This document shows, piece by piece, positions 32,314 through 51,469 of a DNA stretch of 64,000 nt; the stretch's first letter is position 1, and each line of letters begins with the position of its first letter. The position numbers and the translations under genes are program-made. The notes beneath the pieces are model-generated. The model was not told the origin of the DNA, searched no databases, and saw only the letters and a program-made list of their open reading frames with translations. Source of the stretch: Paraspadella gotoi (Eukaryota; Animalia; Chaetognatha); the NCBI GenBank assembly GCA_051294375.1, contig JBJCIZ010000028.1:1115576-1179575 (forward strand), read 5' to 3'.

Positions 32314-33273
32314 TTCTTTTTTTTTGGGGGGGAGGGAGGGAAGGAGAGAGGAAAAGAGGAAAGAAGAGAGAAAAAGGTTAAGATGAAGTGAAAAAGAAAA
32401 GAGAAAAGAAGAGAGAAAACGAGGAGACGGAGAGAAAAAGGAGAAAAAGAAGAAAAAAGAGAAAAAGAAGAAAAAAGAGAGCGAGACAAGGCAAGTTTAT
32501 TTAGCCGACGTCAAAACGAGAGAGAGAGAGATTCATCGCCTCTCTCTCTCTATCTTCACTAAGAAGCCTAATGAAGGGGAAAAGTTGGATTCATTATCAA
32601 AGGACTTTATAAACATGTGTTTTAATAATTCGTTTCAGGTAAAATAAAAGTTTTTTCAATAAGTTAAAGATTCTGAAGGAAATGATTGTTGCTTTTGTCT
32701 CAAAGTCATAAAATTATCATCGTAGAAAAAAATGATGAAATAAACTGATGATAGTGATATAACAATAGATGCAACGAATTTTTAATTCATCTTCCACTTA
32801 TTTTCTTTTTTATTTTAATCTGCGGTACAAAACCTCTGTTTTAAAAAACAAGGATTTAAATCAGCATAAAAAAATTTCTATCTAGGAATAGAAAAGGCCA
32901 ATCCTAACTAAGAGAGGGAAGTCATTATATGCAAAACTTTTTTTTTCTGTGAGGGAGGAAGAGGAATTACGATTGACATCGACTATCCGTAGCCAGTTGA
33001 ATGTACTTCTTTCCAAATACCAAAGGTTTTCCGGTTCAAAAATTTAAAAAAAAAAACTCATTTCATATTGAAACAAAAAGTTAATAAATAATTCTTATAA
33101 AGCTTACACGGTGAAAAAAAAAAGACAATAATTGTAGGTGTGAAGTCTGAGCACCGAACGTTGCAAAGAACAATGATGAAATAAAATTAAAAATAGTTAT
33201 CAAGTTTTAAATATTAAACGAAACCGGAAGAACTTTTTAACTCTTTTTCTCCGAAAAGCGATGAAGTTGTGCT

Positions 33274-38628
<5,355 letters not shown>

Positions 38629-39053
38629 TTACAGAGTTTGGGGGAGAAGGAGGAGAAACTGGTTTCGGAATCGTTTGTCGATTTTTTGAGATGAAAAAAA
38701 TTGAAATTTGGCGAAAATAGTTTTTGAATTAAGGGACGCGAGAGTCAGGGCTGGAAAAGAAATATCACATTGAACAGAGAAGTGAAAAAGAAAAGCGAGA
38801 GGGGACAAAAAAATGAGAAGAAGAGAATTGGAAATGACTGATCGTAAATTAATCAGCGGAAATCACGAATCGTCATAAGAGAGATGCGGGAATTAAGAGT
38901 TGATATCAAACGAGAGATGAAGAAATAAAAAAGACAAGTTTGACTTTGAGCAAACAACGCCGGATCTGCCCACGGTCATTAGCGGTAAGGTTCCGTCTCC
39001 GACACTGATCCGTTAATTGATTAATTAATTAATTAATAGGAAATGATCAAATA

Positions 39054-39237
39054 CAGAGGGCTTCATATTATAAAATGAGGTACTGAGGACGCAACAAGTT
39101 TCAGAGTAAGAATAATTTATTCTTCAACTGAGGGTCGGAAGTCCCCAAAGCCAACAGTGACATGCCCCATCCCAATGGGCATCACAGGCAATCCGGCTGT
39201 TGCCACTGTACCTCATACCTCAATATGAAGCCTTCTG
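39054..39237. mobile_element. MITE with a TA target duplication (Tc1/mariner-type)
   Basis: TA|CAGAGGGCTTCATATT ... AATATGAAGCCTTCTG|TA, plus an inner pair ATGAGGTAC/GTACCTCAT. Confidence 0.8.
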
Positions 39238-39737
39238 TAGTTAAACATTTTTTTTGTTATTTCTATTTATAACTCATTTCCACTCGGACGATTCCATCGA
39301 AACTTGATTTCCAGCCCAATCTCACACTTCTGATTCCTTCTGCGATGCTTCTTTACCCACACAAAATTTTAAGTGAGAGTGAATCGTCGAGCCGGATTCT
39401 GCTGTAAGCAGTTCCGGCCAAAAACTATTCTTTGCCCAAAAAAGGAGAAAAATTCTTCTTATTACATAATTGTCGGTGGGCGAGAAATGCTCGTGGCTAA
39501 CATATCTTTGTAGGGCCTAAATTGACCCTAACCCTTAATGGTTAACAAAAATAATGATATTAATAAAATGGCTGTAATGAGTTAAATTAATGACTTTAAT
39601 AAAGAACATTTTTACATGGCCATTATTTTCGAATATAATATCGAATAAAAAATAGAACGGAAAAAAAAAAATCACATTGAGAATATATCTTTCTTCAAAC
39701 AAAATGAAATTAACATGTTTTAATGAAAAATAAGAAA

Positions 39738-41468
39738 TCAAAGTAAATATTCCGAGTTTTGCTGAGATCGTCTCTCCTGACTGGCGGAGACTGCGACTTG
39801 AAGATCTTCGACTCTCTTCATCCTTTTGTGAAAGGCTTTGTTGGCGATGTCCTTCACGTATGTCGAGGCAGTCACGATGTTTTTCTGTGAAATCAATTTC
39901 AAATTCACGAATGACTTCTTTTCACGTAGTTGGGATTCCACGACGGAAACTGGAATGTGATTTTCCGATAACAATTTCGTTGTCAAAACACCATTTTCAT
40001 CTCATCGCAGGACTAACAAGATCGTGAAAGCAAAAAGATTCAAGAAGCAAAAACTCTCTCTTTCTCGCTTGATAGAATCGTCGTCACGCGATTGGTTGGA
40101 ATCAACAATCACCAATTCAAAAGATCTCTCACCTTTCCTCTCCCTTTTTTAATCTTCTGATCGAATCCAGTCAAATTCGGAAACTGCTTCACGAAGTCTC
40201 CATATTTTTCGTTGAAGAATCCGCATTTCGTCAAATCCGAATCAGTTTTGCTTTTCTCGGCGAATTCTGTAGCGAGGTCTCGTCCGAATCCGTACATGAC
40301 TGTAGAGAGGAGGCGACGCTGACCCGAACTCTTGACAAAGACTTCCTCTGGGGTCAAAGTCTTCAGTTTGGAGATTTTTTCCATCATGACACTTTGAGGC
40401 GGGTCTTTCTGGAAAAAGGCCGAAGTGGAAGAGAGATAATCCTCCGGTAAGTGAATGGGATCGTCGTCCTCGTCATCGTCGTCCCAAATAACGTCGTCGT
40501 CATCGTCGTCGTTGTCCAGTGTTATAACGTCGTCGTCGTCGGGTTCATCTTTAATGGATGGAAGCTCGATTTTCACGTCTTCCTTCTCTTCCTCGCGAAG
40601 CGTAAGGGCGAGCCTTTTGGGCGGCGTGCCTTCGCGGTCGCCAGCGGCCGGGGCGGTGTCGGTGGCGGCACGCTTGCGGACGACGGCCTCGACGACGGAG
40701 GCCACGTGGTCCAAGTTGTCACGTGGATGAGGGACGCGTTGAGTGGAGTGGTCCTGTCTTAAGTGAGAGAAGGGGATTGTTAAAGAGTTTATTTAACTAA
40801 TATTATATGAAATTGGAACAACCAATATAAAAATTATCCATTCATTTAATAAATAAGCTATCTTGTCTATATAATAGACTGTGGAAGACGATGCCGCGAG
40901 CAGTTCACCGTCCGTTGCACACAAGTTCCCGAACTTCGGATCGGGCTGTAGTTCGTCACTACAGGTAGGTTAGACGCCCCGTCGCGCTTTCTTGTGTGAA
41001 TCAGCAGGGCGCGAACCCGAGTCCTTTGGGTTGGGAGGAGCTCGTGCTACCTCCGGCGCCATAGGTGCTGCTGATTCTCGGACGAGTAACGCTACAAGAC
41101 ACTATTAATAACAGTAGGAGCTAAAAATTTCCCATAAACCTGCTGGTAAGACTCCCGGCATCGTAGCCCCCACCCCGTGCCGTCTCGGCCGGCTTCGCCC
41201 CCGACGACCCGAGCCATGGCCTCTCCTGACCAAGGCGAATTTCGCCCCTCGACGCCGGACCCAAGGCCCCGCGACAATAAGAGGCGCAAAGGTCATCGTC
41301 TCCCGCGTAGTAAACGCCAGAATTGGATTTAAGGAGAATAAAGAGTTTGTTGCCATAGAGATCGGTCATCTTGACGGCGGCTTGGACCAGGATGTTGATG
41401 AAGGCCGATTCCAGGTTGGCCAGTTGAGTCAAAAGAGTTTGGATATTTTGAGTCGAAACCAAAGACAT
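39738..41468 (-). CDS. Uncharacterised protein (degenerate MADS-like N-terminus, acidic middle, basic C-terminus)
   Basis: Three coding-like blocks (from 41468, ~40760-40133, ~40020-39738) with donor AAG|GTGAGA near 40132. The exon 1 donor is not firmly placed. Confidence 0.55.
40880..41096 (-). mobile_element. Solo LTR of a second tRNA-containing mini-LTR subfamily
   Basis: TGTAGCG...TTCCACA termini with a perfect 4-bp TSD AGAC (40876-79 / 41097-100). A box TGGCGCCGGAGG, CTCCCAACCCAAAGG, B box GGTTCGCGCCC, and the shared TACAGCCCGATCCGAAG. Confidence 0.87.
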
Positions 41469-41926
41469 TTTCTGAGGTCTACAGGATTTCAGAATTTTTA
41501 AGAGATGGAGTCTGTTTTTTAGAGATGGAACATTTCTTTTAGAGAGGGAATTTTATAAAGACGAACTTGGTTTCAAAGATAAACCGGCTGAAACATTCAT
41601 GAAGTTTCTTATGTAATTAGATCAAGAGTTTAAAATATCCTAATCTACGAAAACAATAATGAAAAAAGAGGCACAAAACTTAAAAAAATAAAACATCTCG
41701 AATCTAACCGATTAATAGAAAATTAACAATAGAAAAGAGTCGCGCGTCCTCACTAAAAACCTCTTTTCAACCGAAACACCAAAACCTTTAAAAACTGAAA
41801 AGATAATTTTTCACTGAAAGAGAGACGCACGAAAAGATCAACGCCTGTCTTCAGTCTCCGCCTGTTTCTTTCTCTTCTTCAAACGCCTGTTGTCCTCCCA
41901 CCTGCTTCTCTTCCCCCCTTTTCGAT

Positions 41927-43383
<1,457 letters not shown>

Positions 43384-44450
43384 GGCGCGCCGAGGAAAGC
43401 CAAGTTTTTACTTAAGGTGGAGGAAAATCTTAAAGAAAACAAGATGATATTGATAAGACCAAAAGCAAAATGACAAAACCGAACTGAGATTCTCGGAGCC
43501 AATTATAGATATTAGATATTAGATAATGCGCTAGTTGCTCAATCCAATTTGAATTCGATTAATTCCCTCGAATTTATTCAAATTTTCATAACATTTTTCG
43601 AATGAGTTTTTATACAGCTTTCTATATCACAAACAGTTTTATTGTGAGATAAAGCTTAAATTTAGTTTCCAATTAATATACATTTTAAAATCTGGATGAT
43701 AGAAAAACAAATTAGTTTATATGAAATCTAATATTAGATTCCATCATTTAACGTTAGATTCAATCTTTTTTTAAAAATCAATGTAAATTACATTATTACA
43801 CAAAGAAAGAGAGAGAAAGTTTATAATAAAGGAGAAGATAATTCAAGATATTCGTGTTTACAACAGTAAAGGCCAGACTAATCCACTTTTATCGATGCCC
43901 AAAAGTTAATAACCGAATCAAAATATTCAAGAATAACTTTTGAAAGGCAACGCAAGCGACTAATTCAACTCAGGCGGAAACTAAAATTTGGCTTTATTTC
44001 TGCTTTATTTTCTGTTTTAGCTTCTCGTTTCGAAAACATTATGCGTCTTTTACCCCAACGGTTCTTACTTACTCTCCGCCTTTCCTTTTCCTGACCGAAA
44101 GTTTGTTTTCTGTTTGAGTGAGAAACAACATTAAAAACTAGAAAAGAAAAATTAAGAAAAAAAGACCAAAAATAGAAAAGACATTAATATATAGAAAATA
44201 TTTACGTAGGTTAAATAAAAAGAGTGAAACTGAAATATTTTTGCTCAATATTAATACTGCCAATTAAAAGAAAAAGAATGATTGGTCACCTGCTATACAA
44301 AATTAAAAGACTTTCAAATTCAGTTGAATTTTTTTATTAGGCAAATACGGGAATATTATGAACTAAATAAATTTAAAATAAAAGCAACGGTTTTGAAAAC
44401 TTCAAACTGGAAAAAAATCATCTTTCCCGATCGTATTTACGATCGGCGAT

Positions 44451-44502
<52 letters not shown>

Positions 44503-44580
44503 CTCAATTCTAAAAAAACGCGACATTTTTATTGCACCGAATCCGAATTCTCTCGTCGTTGTCGTTGTTGTTGCCATCTT

Positions 44581-47458
44581 TCATCGTCGATTCCAAATCC
44601 TGACGTCGTCGAGCGCCTCGACGGAAGCGGCGTCCCCGACAGCGCCGCGGTGTCGCCGTCCAGCGGCGTCCCTGGCCAACGCGGACGAGCGCATGGAGGG
44701 TCGCATCGATGGTGACGCCGCCGCCGACATTTGCGTCAATTCCGGGGACGACGACGCCGTTCTAAGTCGAGCGGCGCCCTCCGTGGCGCCATCTTCGTCG
44801 CGTCGATTCTCTACCGATGCTTCGGCGTCGTCGTCGTCTTCTCCTCGGGTGGTGTCGGCGTCGTCCCGTTCAAAGTCCCGGCGTCGCGCCGCCACTTCCT
44901 CTTTGGATCGGCGCGATTCGGAAGCGCGTCGCCGATTGGCCGCCTCCCGCGCCTCCGCCTCGAGTTCCTCTTGCCTCTCCTGAAGAAAGGAGATAAACTC
45001 ATTTACATTTCGCAGTTTTTAAAACCAAACTACGCTGCAAAATATAATGACTTTTAAACAAATATCTCTTCAAAGAATAAATTGTTGAAGCAAAAATTTA
45101 AATCATATAATATTTATATTTTTATAAAGCTTAACATATATTTTAATGATAAAAAATAACCCTAAACCTATGTTTTCCATGTTTAATATCAGTATCAGTG
45201 GTGGCTTCTGTACCATTTTCCTTTGTTAAGTTTGGTAAGGTCAATGGTTTGACCGAGGTTTCGTGTTGTAGTTGTTCGTTCACACGCCTTTCTTTTATTT
45301 ATACCCTCAGTATATGAATCAACATTTAAATGTTTTATGATAATCATAAATGTATGAGCTACCATTGTCTCTCCTCTACTTATTTCTTTTCTTCTTTCAT
45401 AGAGTCAACTAAAGTGTTAACTCCCAATAATTCTTTTTCAATAATTACCTATGACGTAAGCAACTATAAAAGATCCCGCTTTTCAAACCTCACCTGCTGC
45501 TCGTCCTCCAGAATCCGCAGCTGATGCGTCGCCGCCAAAACGGTCGCCTGCTGATGCAGCTGCTGATGCAGCAGATTGGGCATCGGAGGAAAGAGCGGGG
45601 GATGAACGTGGTGGTGGTGGTGGGTGTGATGGTGAAGGGTGATGGTGGCGCCGGGGTGGGCGTGGTTGCCGGTAGGAAACTCCGACCCGCTGGACGACGA
45701 CACTGCGAGGGAAGGGGGAGTCGGCGAAACGCTTGGCGGCGCCGGAGGTGGCGCGGCGCCGATGGACAAAGAATTAGAGGATCCCAACGTCGTCGTCGTA
45801 GTCGTCGTCGATTGACCGCTGCAGCCGGTCGCCAAGCAACCGGCCGACCCAGCAGCGTTGCTGCCACTGACGCCGCCACCGCAGCAGCAACAGCCCGACA
45901 GATGCAGAAGGGATCCGTTGGGCGTGGAGCCGCCGGAGAGAGAGCCGGCTGAGGAAGAGCGCAGCGCTAAGGCCGAGCCATTGGGGCTGCCGGTCAAGAG
46001 GTTAGTCTTTCCCGGGCAGCGATGAAGAGGAAAGCCGACGCCGAAGACGACGCTGCCGCCAGAAACCGGAACATTGCCGGTGACGATGTGGAGAGCGGCG
46101 TCGTTGCTGCCGGCGGCGTTGGAGGCCGATGCCGTCGATGAAGAAAGAACTTCGCTGGAGGCAGAATCGGCACCGGAGACTCCGACGCCGGATCCGCTTG
46201 AAGGACCGATAATCGAGAGGCTTGGAACGCCGCTACCGCCGCCGACGCCGCCGCCTCCCCCGCCGCCGTGCAAGTGGAGATTCTGCAGAGAATTAGCCAG
46301 TTCTCTCTCGGGCGAAGAGGCTCGACTTCCCATGATGCTCAATGGAGTCTGTGGCGTGTTGTTCGGCGGCGAAGGAGGTCCACTGTCACGCGGCGACGGC
46401 GACAGCGCGCGCGGCGAAACGCGGACCGTCTTCCCGTGATTAGGAGGCGTGCCGCCTGCCGAAGATGCGGCCGAAGCGCCGGATGCGGGCGTAAGGGGGC
46501 CGGCCGGGGTGTTGAAGGGTGTGCCGGGCAGATGAGTGGCGGAGGAGGAGTGATAGTGGGGATGAGTAGCGCCGGGGGCGTTGGGAGAAACGCCGGCGCT
46601 AAGCGGCGTCGGTGGAATAGCGAGACTAGCGGCGCTGTCGCCACCGACGCCGCTTTCATCGCCGAAACTGTTGAAGCGAGGGCGTCGGAGCGTAAAGGAG
46701 GAGACGGACGGAGGCGGAGCGGAGGATGGAGCGGCGTCATCGTCTGAGCGCGGCGACGCCGGGCCGACTGACGCTGGTGACGTCCCTGCGGCGTCCTGAA
46801 TTCGAATCCCGGCGATGCCTTTTTTGGAAATGCTCGACAAGTCTCTCTTGATGCGTCGTCTCTTTGAAGGATCCGTCCGTCTGAATTGCCACATATTCTC
46901 AAAGTCGATGACGTAGACGAATCCAGCGATAAGAAGTTCGAGACGTCTGCTGCCGCGTCGGTGTGCCTCCTCCAGCTCGGCAGATGTCCGCTCGTCGTAT
47001 TGCCACCAACCGTGAAATCCTTCGTAGAACCATTGGAACCCCGACGACGCCGACTGGGCTTCCGGCGTCTCGGCCTCCGTCGATTCTCCAGTCGCGGCGT
47101 CGTGGGCGTCGCCTCCTTGCGAGGAACGACGCCGCGAAGACGACGCCGGTTTGTTTTGGATGAGATTGGGCCGTTCGAGGAACTCGGCAGGGATGTCGGT
47201 GCGGCAGAGGGCGCAACGTCGGCGTTGATTGGCTAAGACGCCTTTGACGCAGAGAAAGCAGAAGATGTGATTGCAGGGGAGTTGGACAGGGTGGACGCAT
47301 GCTTGGAGGCATACTGGGCATTCCAGGCGGGAAGAGTCGGGGGAATCTGGGTCTGAGGCGGCGCCATCAGAATCGGGGTCCTCGGCGGCGTCGGCGAGAG
47401 TGGGCGTGGCCGGCGCCGCGGCGGCGTCGTCATCGCACACGACGACAGAGGGAAGCAT
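44581..47458 (-). CDS. RNF146: E3 ubiquitin ligase RNF146 (Iduna): RING plus WWE, with a long low-complexity tail
   Basis: ECPVCLQACVHPVQLPCNHIFCFLCVKG...CALCR; WWE QWFYEGFHGWWQYDERTS...LLIAGFVYVIDFENMWQFRR. Exon 1 (47458-45494) splices in phase 0 to exon 2 (44979-44581). Confidence 0.95.
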
Positions 47459-47848
47459 CGTAAAAAGTATGTGACTAGACTTGACTCTGTCTCTATCAAT
47501 TTCTAAGTCTTGAAAGTATTAGCCGCTCATTCTCTAATCAGATCCGCAGAATTCCTGATAATAAATTTTAATTTTTTTTTCATAACGAAGTAAAAGGTGA
47601 GAAAGATTAAGGCGATCGAAAGTATGTCCGGCATGATTCATGATTAAATAATAAGTTGACAACCATTAAAAGAATTAATATAACTTATCACAGTCGCTTG
47701 GTAGGTATTTTGTTCATAGATCAGTGGGGAATTAGATTAGCTAACACCAAATTTTGATTGGTTTAAAAAAAAAACAAGAACAGCGTTTAGATTTCTTAAT
47801 TGAAAGAAATTATTCAAAACCTGAAAACACCAAAAATAAAAATTGATT

Positions 47849-50800
47849 TCATTTAAAAATGTCGTCGTCGTCATCGTCGAATATGGAAGCAGCGACAGCG
47901 TTAAGTTTCTTTGTTGGTTTTTGAGCCGCCGCTGCCGCCGCCGCCGACGCAGCCGTCGCCGATTTCGCTTTTGGAGCGAGAGAAGGAATGGCGAAAATGT
48001 CATCCGGATCATCATCATCGTCGTCTAAATAGGAAACTGGAATTTTCGCCGTCGGCTTCTCGATTCCAACGGCGAATATGTCTTCGTCGTCGTTGTTATC
48101 GAGGAGTTTCAAGGGGTCGTCCTTGGCTTTGTCCGTCGCCGGCGCCGGCGTCCCGACTTTGCCGCCTTTGACGACCGGCTTGAAGATGTCTTCATCGTCG
48201 TCTGACAAGACGTTGGAGCCGTCGATTTTAAAGGCGGAGTTTCCTTCTTCCTTCTTCGCAAAAATTCCTCTTTTTATTTCCGCCGTCGAAAAGATATCGT
48301 GGTCGTCGTCGTCGTCGTCGTCGTCGTCGAATGAATGAAGCGGCTTTTTGACTGAAATTTGACTCGACGAACGAATTGGACGAGAAACCAGCGGAGAATC
48401 GAAGAAAGAGTCAGACTCTTCGTCGTCCGGCAGCGGTGGGGGCTCCAGCGGCTGCAGCGGCGTGGGACCCTTTCCGATTCCGTCTTTCTCTTCGCGAGGC
48501 TTCGAAGCGGTCGTCGTCGTCGATGTTTTCGTCTGGAGTGACCCGAATAGAAAGTCGTCGTCGTCGTCGTCGTCGAGAAGATTTTTCTTCGTCGTCGTCG
48601 TCGTCGTTTTTGTCGTCAATATTGATGAACCGAAAAGCAAATCATCGTCGTTGTCGTCGTCGTCAGCCTTTTTCGTCGTTGTCGTCGTCGTCTTTTTATT
48701 TAAGCCGAAAATAGAATCATCGTCGTCGTCGTCGTCGTCCAATGGGAAACGAGCTTTCGTTGCAGCAGTCTCCGCCGCCGGCGACGCCGCCGCCGCAGCG
48801 CCGGTCGACGTTTTTGGATCAGACGACGTAATGACGGCGCCGTTTGCGTCGGTAACCGGAGCGGCGAACTCTCCGAACATCTTGTCCGCCGCGCCCTTCG
48901 TCGGCGCCGCCTCCCCAACACCGCCACCGGCCTCCCTTCTGCCGGGTCTCGTCGGCGGACGCCTATTTCCACGAATCCTGGCGCGCGATTTGGTCGCCTC
49001 ATTGGACAAGAGGGAGACGGAGGCTTCGCCGCCAGCCGCTGCTGCTGTCGCCATCTCAACGGGCGATTGCGACTTCTTTCTCGATAGTGGAGGAGAGTCC
49101 ATCGGTGCTCTGACTGGAATCTTTAATTCCGCCGCCAGGGCGCCGACTTTGGACGTTTTTACATCGGTGCCGGACTTGGGCGCCGCTTGTGGGAAAATAG
49201 CGACGCCGCCGATTGGCGGACCGGAGGTCTTGGGTCTGGCGCCGGCGAGGTTGGCGCCGGCGGTGTTGGCGTCGGTGGAAGAGGTCGTCATTGTCGCGTC
49301 AGGTAGATGAATGGCAGAGGAAGAGGAAATTGAATTTGATGCCAAAATTTCATCTTTTGTCGAATTTGAAAATAAATCATCATCATCATCAAAGATGGAC
49401 GAAACCGCCGAAGCTGGGGCTGCTGTTGCGCCTGCGGTTTTGGCAGCTGGAGCCCCAAGGGATGAGCCAGATGGGGCGACCGCAGGCTTCAAAGGCTTCG
49501 GAATAAAATCATCCTCTTCATCAGAGTCTAGGAAAAGTCCAGCATTAAATCCCAATTCGATCTTCTTTGTTTCATCAACGATTTTCTTGATCTCAATTTC
49601 CTTTTTTATTTCTTCTTTTTTCGCCGCCTTTTTATTTCCTCCTCCTCCTCTTCCTCCTCCTTCCTCGCTGGACCAGTCCGACGACTCCGCCTCCTCTTCC
49701 TCCGGCGGCGGGCGGCGAAAGAGGCCGGCGGCGACGACGGGATTGGCGGCACCGCCAAAGACGCTGACGGCTCCGGGAGGCAACTTTGGTTTGGACGGCG
49801 CGGATTCTGAGAAGGCGGGGGTCGCGTCGGGCGGGGATTCCGGCAAAAGCGGCGCCGTTTCCGGCTTTTTCGTCGTTGGCTCTTTGTCGAGCGGTTTCGG
49901 CGACGGAGAGGAAATGGGTTTTCCAAAGAAGTCGTCGTCGTCGTCAAAGTTTAAACCTTTTTTGTCGTCAAATAAATCGTTGACTTCTGTCCTTTTTCCT
50001 CCTCCTCCATCTTTCTTAGGAACTCCGAAGAAATCGTCTTCATCATCTTCCTCATCGTCGAAAAGGCCGCCGCCGCCGCCGCCGCCGCCGCCTTCAGAAC
50101 CCCCACCGCCGCTCTCCGGAATCCTTGGCGTCGGAATTTGGGAAAAAGACGGAGGTTTTGGTTTCGCGGCGAAAAAGCCGTCGTCGTCGTCGTCGTCGTC
50201 GTCGCCAGAGGAAAATAAACTCATTAAATTTTGAGATTTTGTCTTTGATTTTTCATCGATTTTCTTCGTCTTTTCCTCATTCGTCTTCGCCTTTTCATTC
50301 CTCTTCGTCTCTTCCTTTTTCGCCTTTTCCTCCTCCCTCTCCTCCTCCTCCTCTCTCTTCTTCTCCCTCTCCAACGTCTCCCTCTCTTTCCCCGCCGCCG
50401 CCGCCTTTCCGCCAGCCAATCTGGCGGCCAATTCGGCGGCGAAATCCAACTTAGGCGGCGGAGCGGCGACGGACTTTGGCGCCGTCTCCACTTCCTCCTC
50501 CTCCTCATCCAGAGGCGGGGGCTCGACCCTCCCTACTCTTTCCTCTTCCTCTTCCCCAAACAATCCTCCCTCCTCTTCCTCTTCGTCAAACATGGAAATC
50601 AACGTGGTCCCCTTTCTCCGCGCGGGGAACATTCCCCCATCCCCGGCGGCCTCCTCTTCTCCGTCCCCAGCTGCGCTTGGGATAGTCGGATTCCTCACGG
50701 GCGAATCGAAGAGTCCCGGTTCTGCTTCTCCATCTTCGTCGTCTTCCACGAAAGTGAGGGTCTTCCTGCGCGGCTGCTGCTGCGGCGGAGCGAACATGTC

Positions 50801-51469
50801 CTCATCCTCGTCGAGTTCGTCTTCAACGACGGCGCTGATGCTGCTGCTGACACCATCGACGTCTTCAGATGCAAAGACATCCTCAACCGCTTCGTCGACA
50901 ACAGTGACGACTTCAGGAGCCACGTCGGGTTTGGCTCTCCTCGGCAGCCCAACCGCTTCGTCCTCCAAGAATCTCGAAGATCCGATCCACGCGGGCAGCG
51001 GACGCCCCTTGTAAGGATCCTTGAAAGCATCATCTTCATCAGCAGCGCCTCTTAGTACTGATCTAACGACCTTCAGCCCCGCGGCGATTGCCTCGGCGAC
51101 CTTGGGCACCAGGTCGGCCTCTGTCGGCTCGGAATTGTCGGCCTGGCCTTTATTGTTGTCGGCTTTAGCGTCGGTTACGTCTTCTTCGTACACGCGACTC
51201 TCCACAAATTGATTATTGGCCATCATAACGAAATCGTTCATAGTGTTGTGCAGGCGACAGTCAGTGGCTCGAGACTCTCTCGCCAGATCGTCCAGGCCTT
51301 TGGCCACTTCGTGCGTCTTGGCCATCAGGCGTTGGGAAAAGTCTTGCAGGTGGAGGAGAAGGCCAGCGTCTCCTGCAAGAGACCATGTCTTGTGATTGTC
51401 CGCGATTTCCGCCAAGGTCCAGGGCCGCTCCCAGACCGGAGGCGTCGCGGCGCTACCGGCGCCTTCCAT
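47849..51469 (-). CDS. WASHC2: WASH complex subunit 2 (FAM21), single exon, 1206 aa
   Basis: Head domain WERPWT...WSLAGDAGLL...NDFVMMANNQFVESRVYEED and RPLPAWIGS; many LF-acidic retromer-binding repeats; CPI-like motif TKSRARIRGNRRPPTR. Confidence 0.94.
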   Translation of the reverse strand: MEGAGSAATPPVWERPWTLAEIADNHKTWSLAGDAGLLLHLQDFSQRLMAKTHEVAKGLDDLARESRATDCRLHNTMNDFVMMANNQFVESRVYEEDVTDAKADNNKGQADNSEPTEADLVPKVAEAIAAGLKVVRSVLRGAADEDDAFKDPYKGRPLPAWIGSSRFLEDEAVGLPRRAKPDVAPEVVTVVDEAVEDVFASEDVDGVSSSISAVVEDELDEDEDMFAPPQQQPRRKTLTFVEDDEDGEAEPGLFDSPVRNPTIPSAAGDGEEEAAGDGGMFPARRKGTTLISMFDEEEEEGGLFGEEEEERVGRVEPPPLDEEEEEVETAPKSVAAPPPKLDFAAELAARLAGGKAAAAGKERETLEREKKREEEEEREEEKAKKEETKRNEKAKTNEEKTKKIDEKSKTKSQNLMSLFSSGDDDDDDDDGFFAAKPKPPSFSQIPTPRIPESGGGGSEGGGGGGGGGLFDDEEDDEDDFFGVPKKDGGGGKRTEVNDLFDDKKGLNFDDDDDFFGKPISSPSPKPLDKEPTTKKPETAPLLPESPPDATPAFSESAPSKPKLPPGAVSVFGGAANPVVAAGLFRRPPPEEEEAESSDWSSEEGGGRGGGGNKKAAKKEEIKKEIEIKKIVDETKKIELGFNAGLFLDSDEEDDFIPKPLKPAVAPSGSSLGAPAAKTAGATAAPASAVSSIFDDDDDLFSNSTKDEILASNSISSSSAIHLPDATMTTSSTDANTAGANLAGARPKTSGPPIGGVAIFPQAAPKSGTDVKTSKVGALAAELKIPVRAPMDSPPLSRKKSQSPVEMATAAAAGGEASVSLLSNEATKSRARIRGNRRPPTRPGRREAGGGVGEAAPTKGAADKMFGEFAAPVTDANGAVITSSDPKTSTGAAAAASPAAETAATKARFPLDDDDDDDDSIFGLNKKTTTTTTKKADDDDNDDDLLFGSSILTTKTTTTTTKKNLLDDDDDDDFLFGSLQTKTSTTTTASKPREEKDGIGKGPTPLQPLEPPPLPDDEESDSFFDSPLVSRPIRSSSQISVKKPLHSFDDDDDDDDDHDIFSTAEIKRGIFAKKEEGNSAFKIDGSNVLSDDDEDIFKPVVKGGKVGTPAPATDKAKDDPLKLLDNNDDEDIFAVGIEKPTAKIPVSYLDDDDDDPDDIFAIPSLAPKAKSATAASAAAAAAAQKPTKKLNAVAASIFDDDDDDIFK

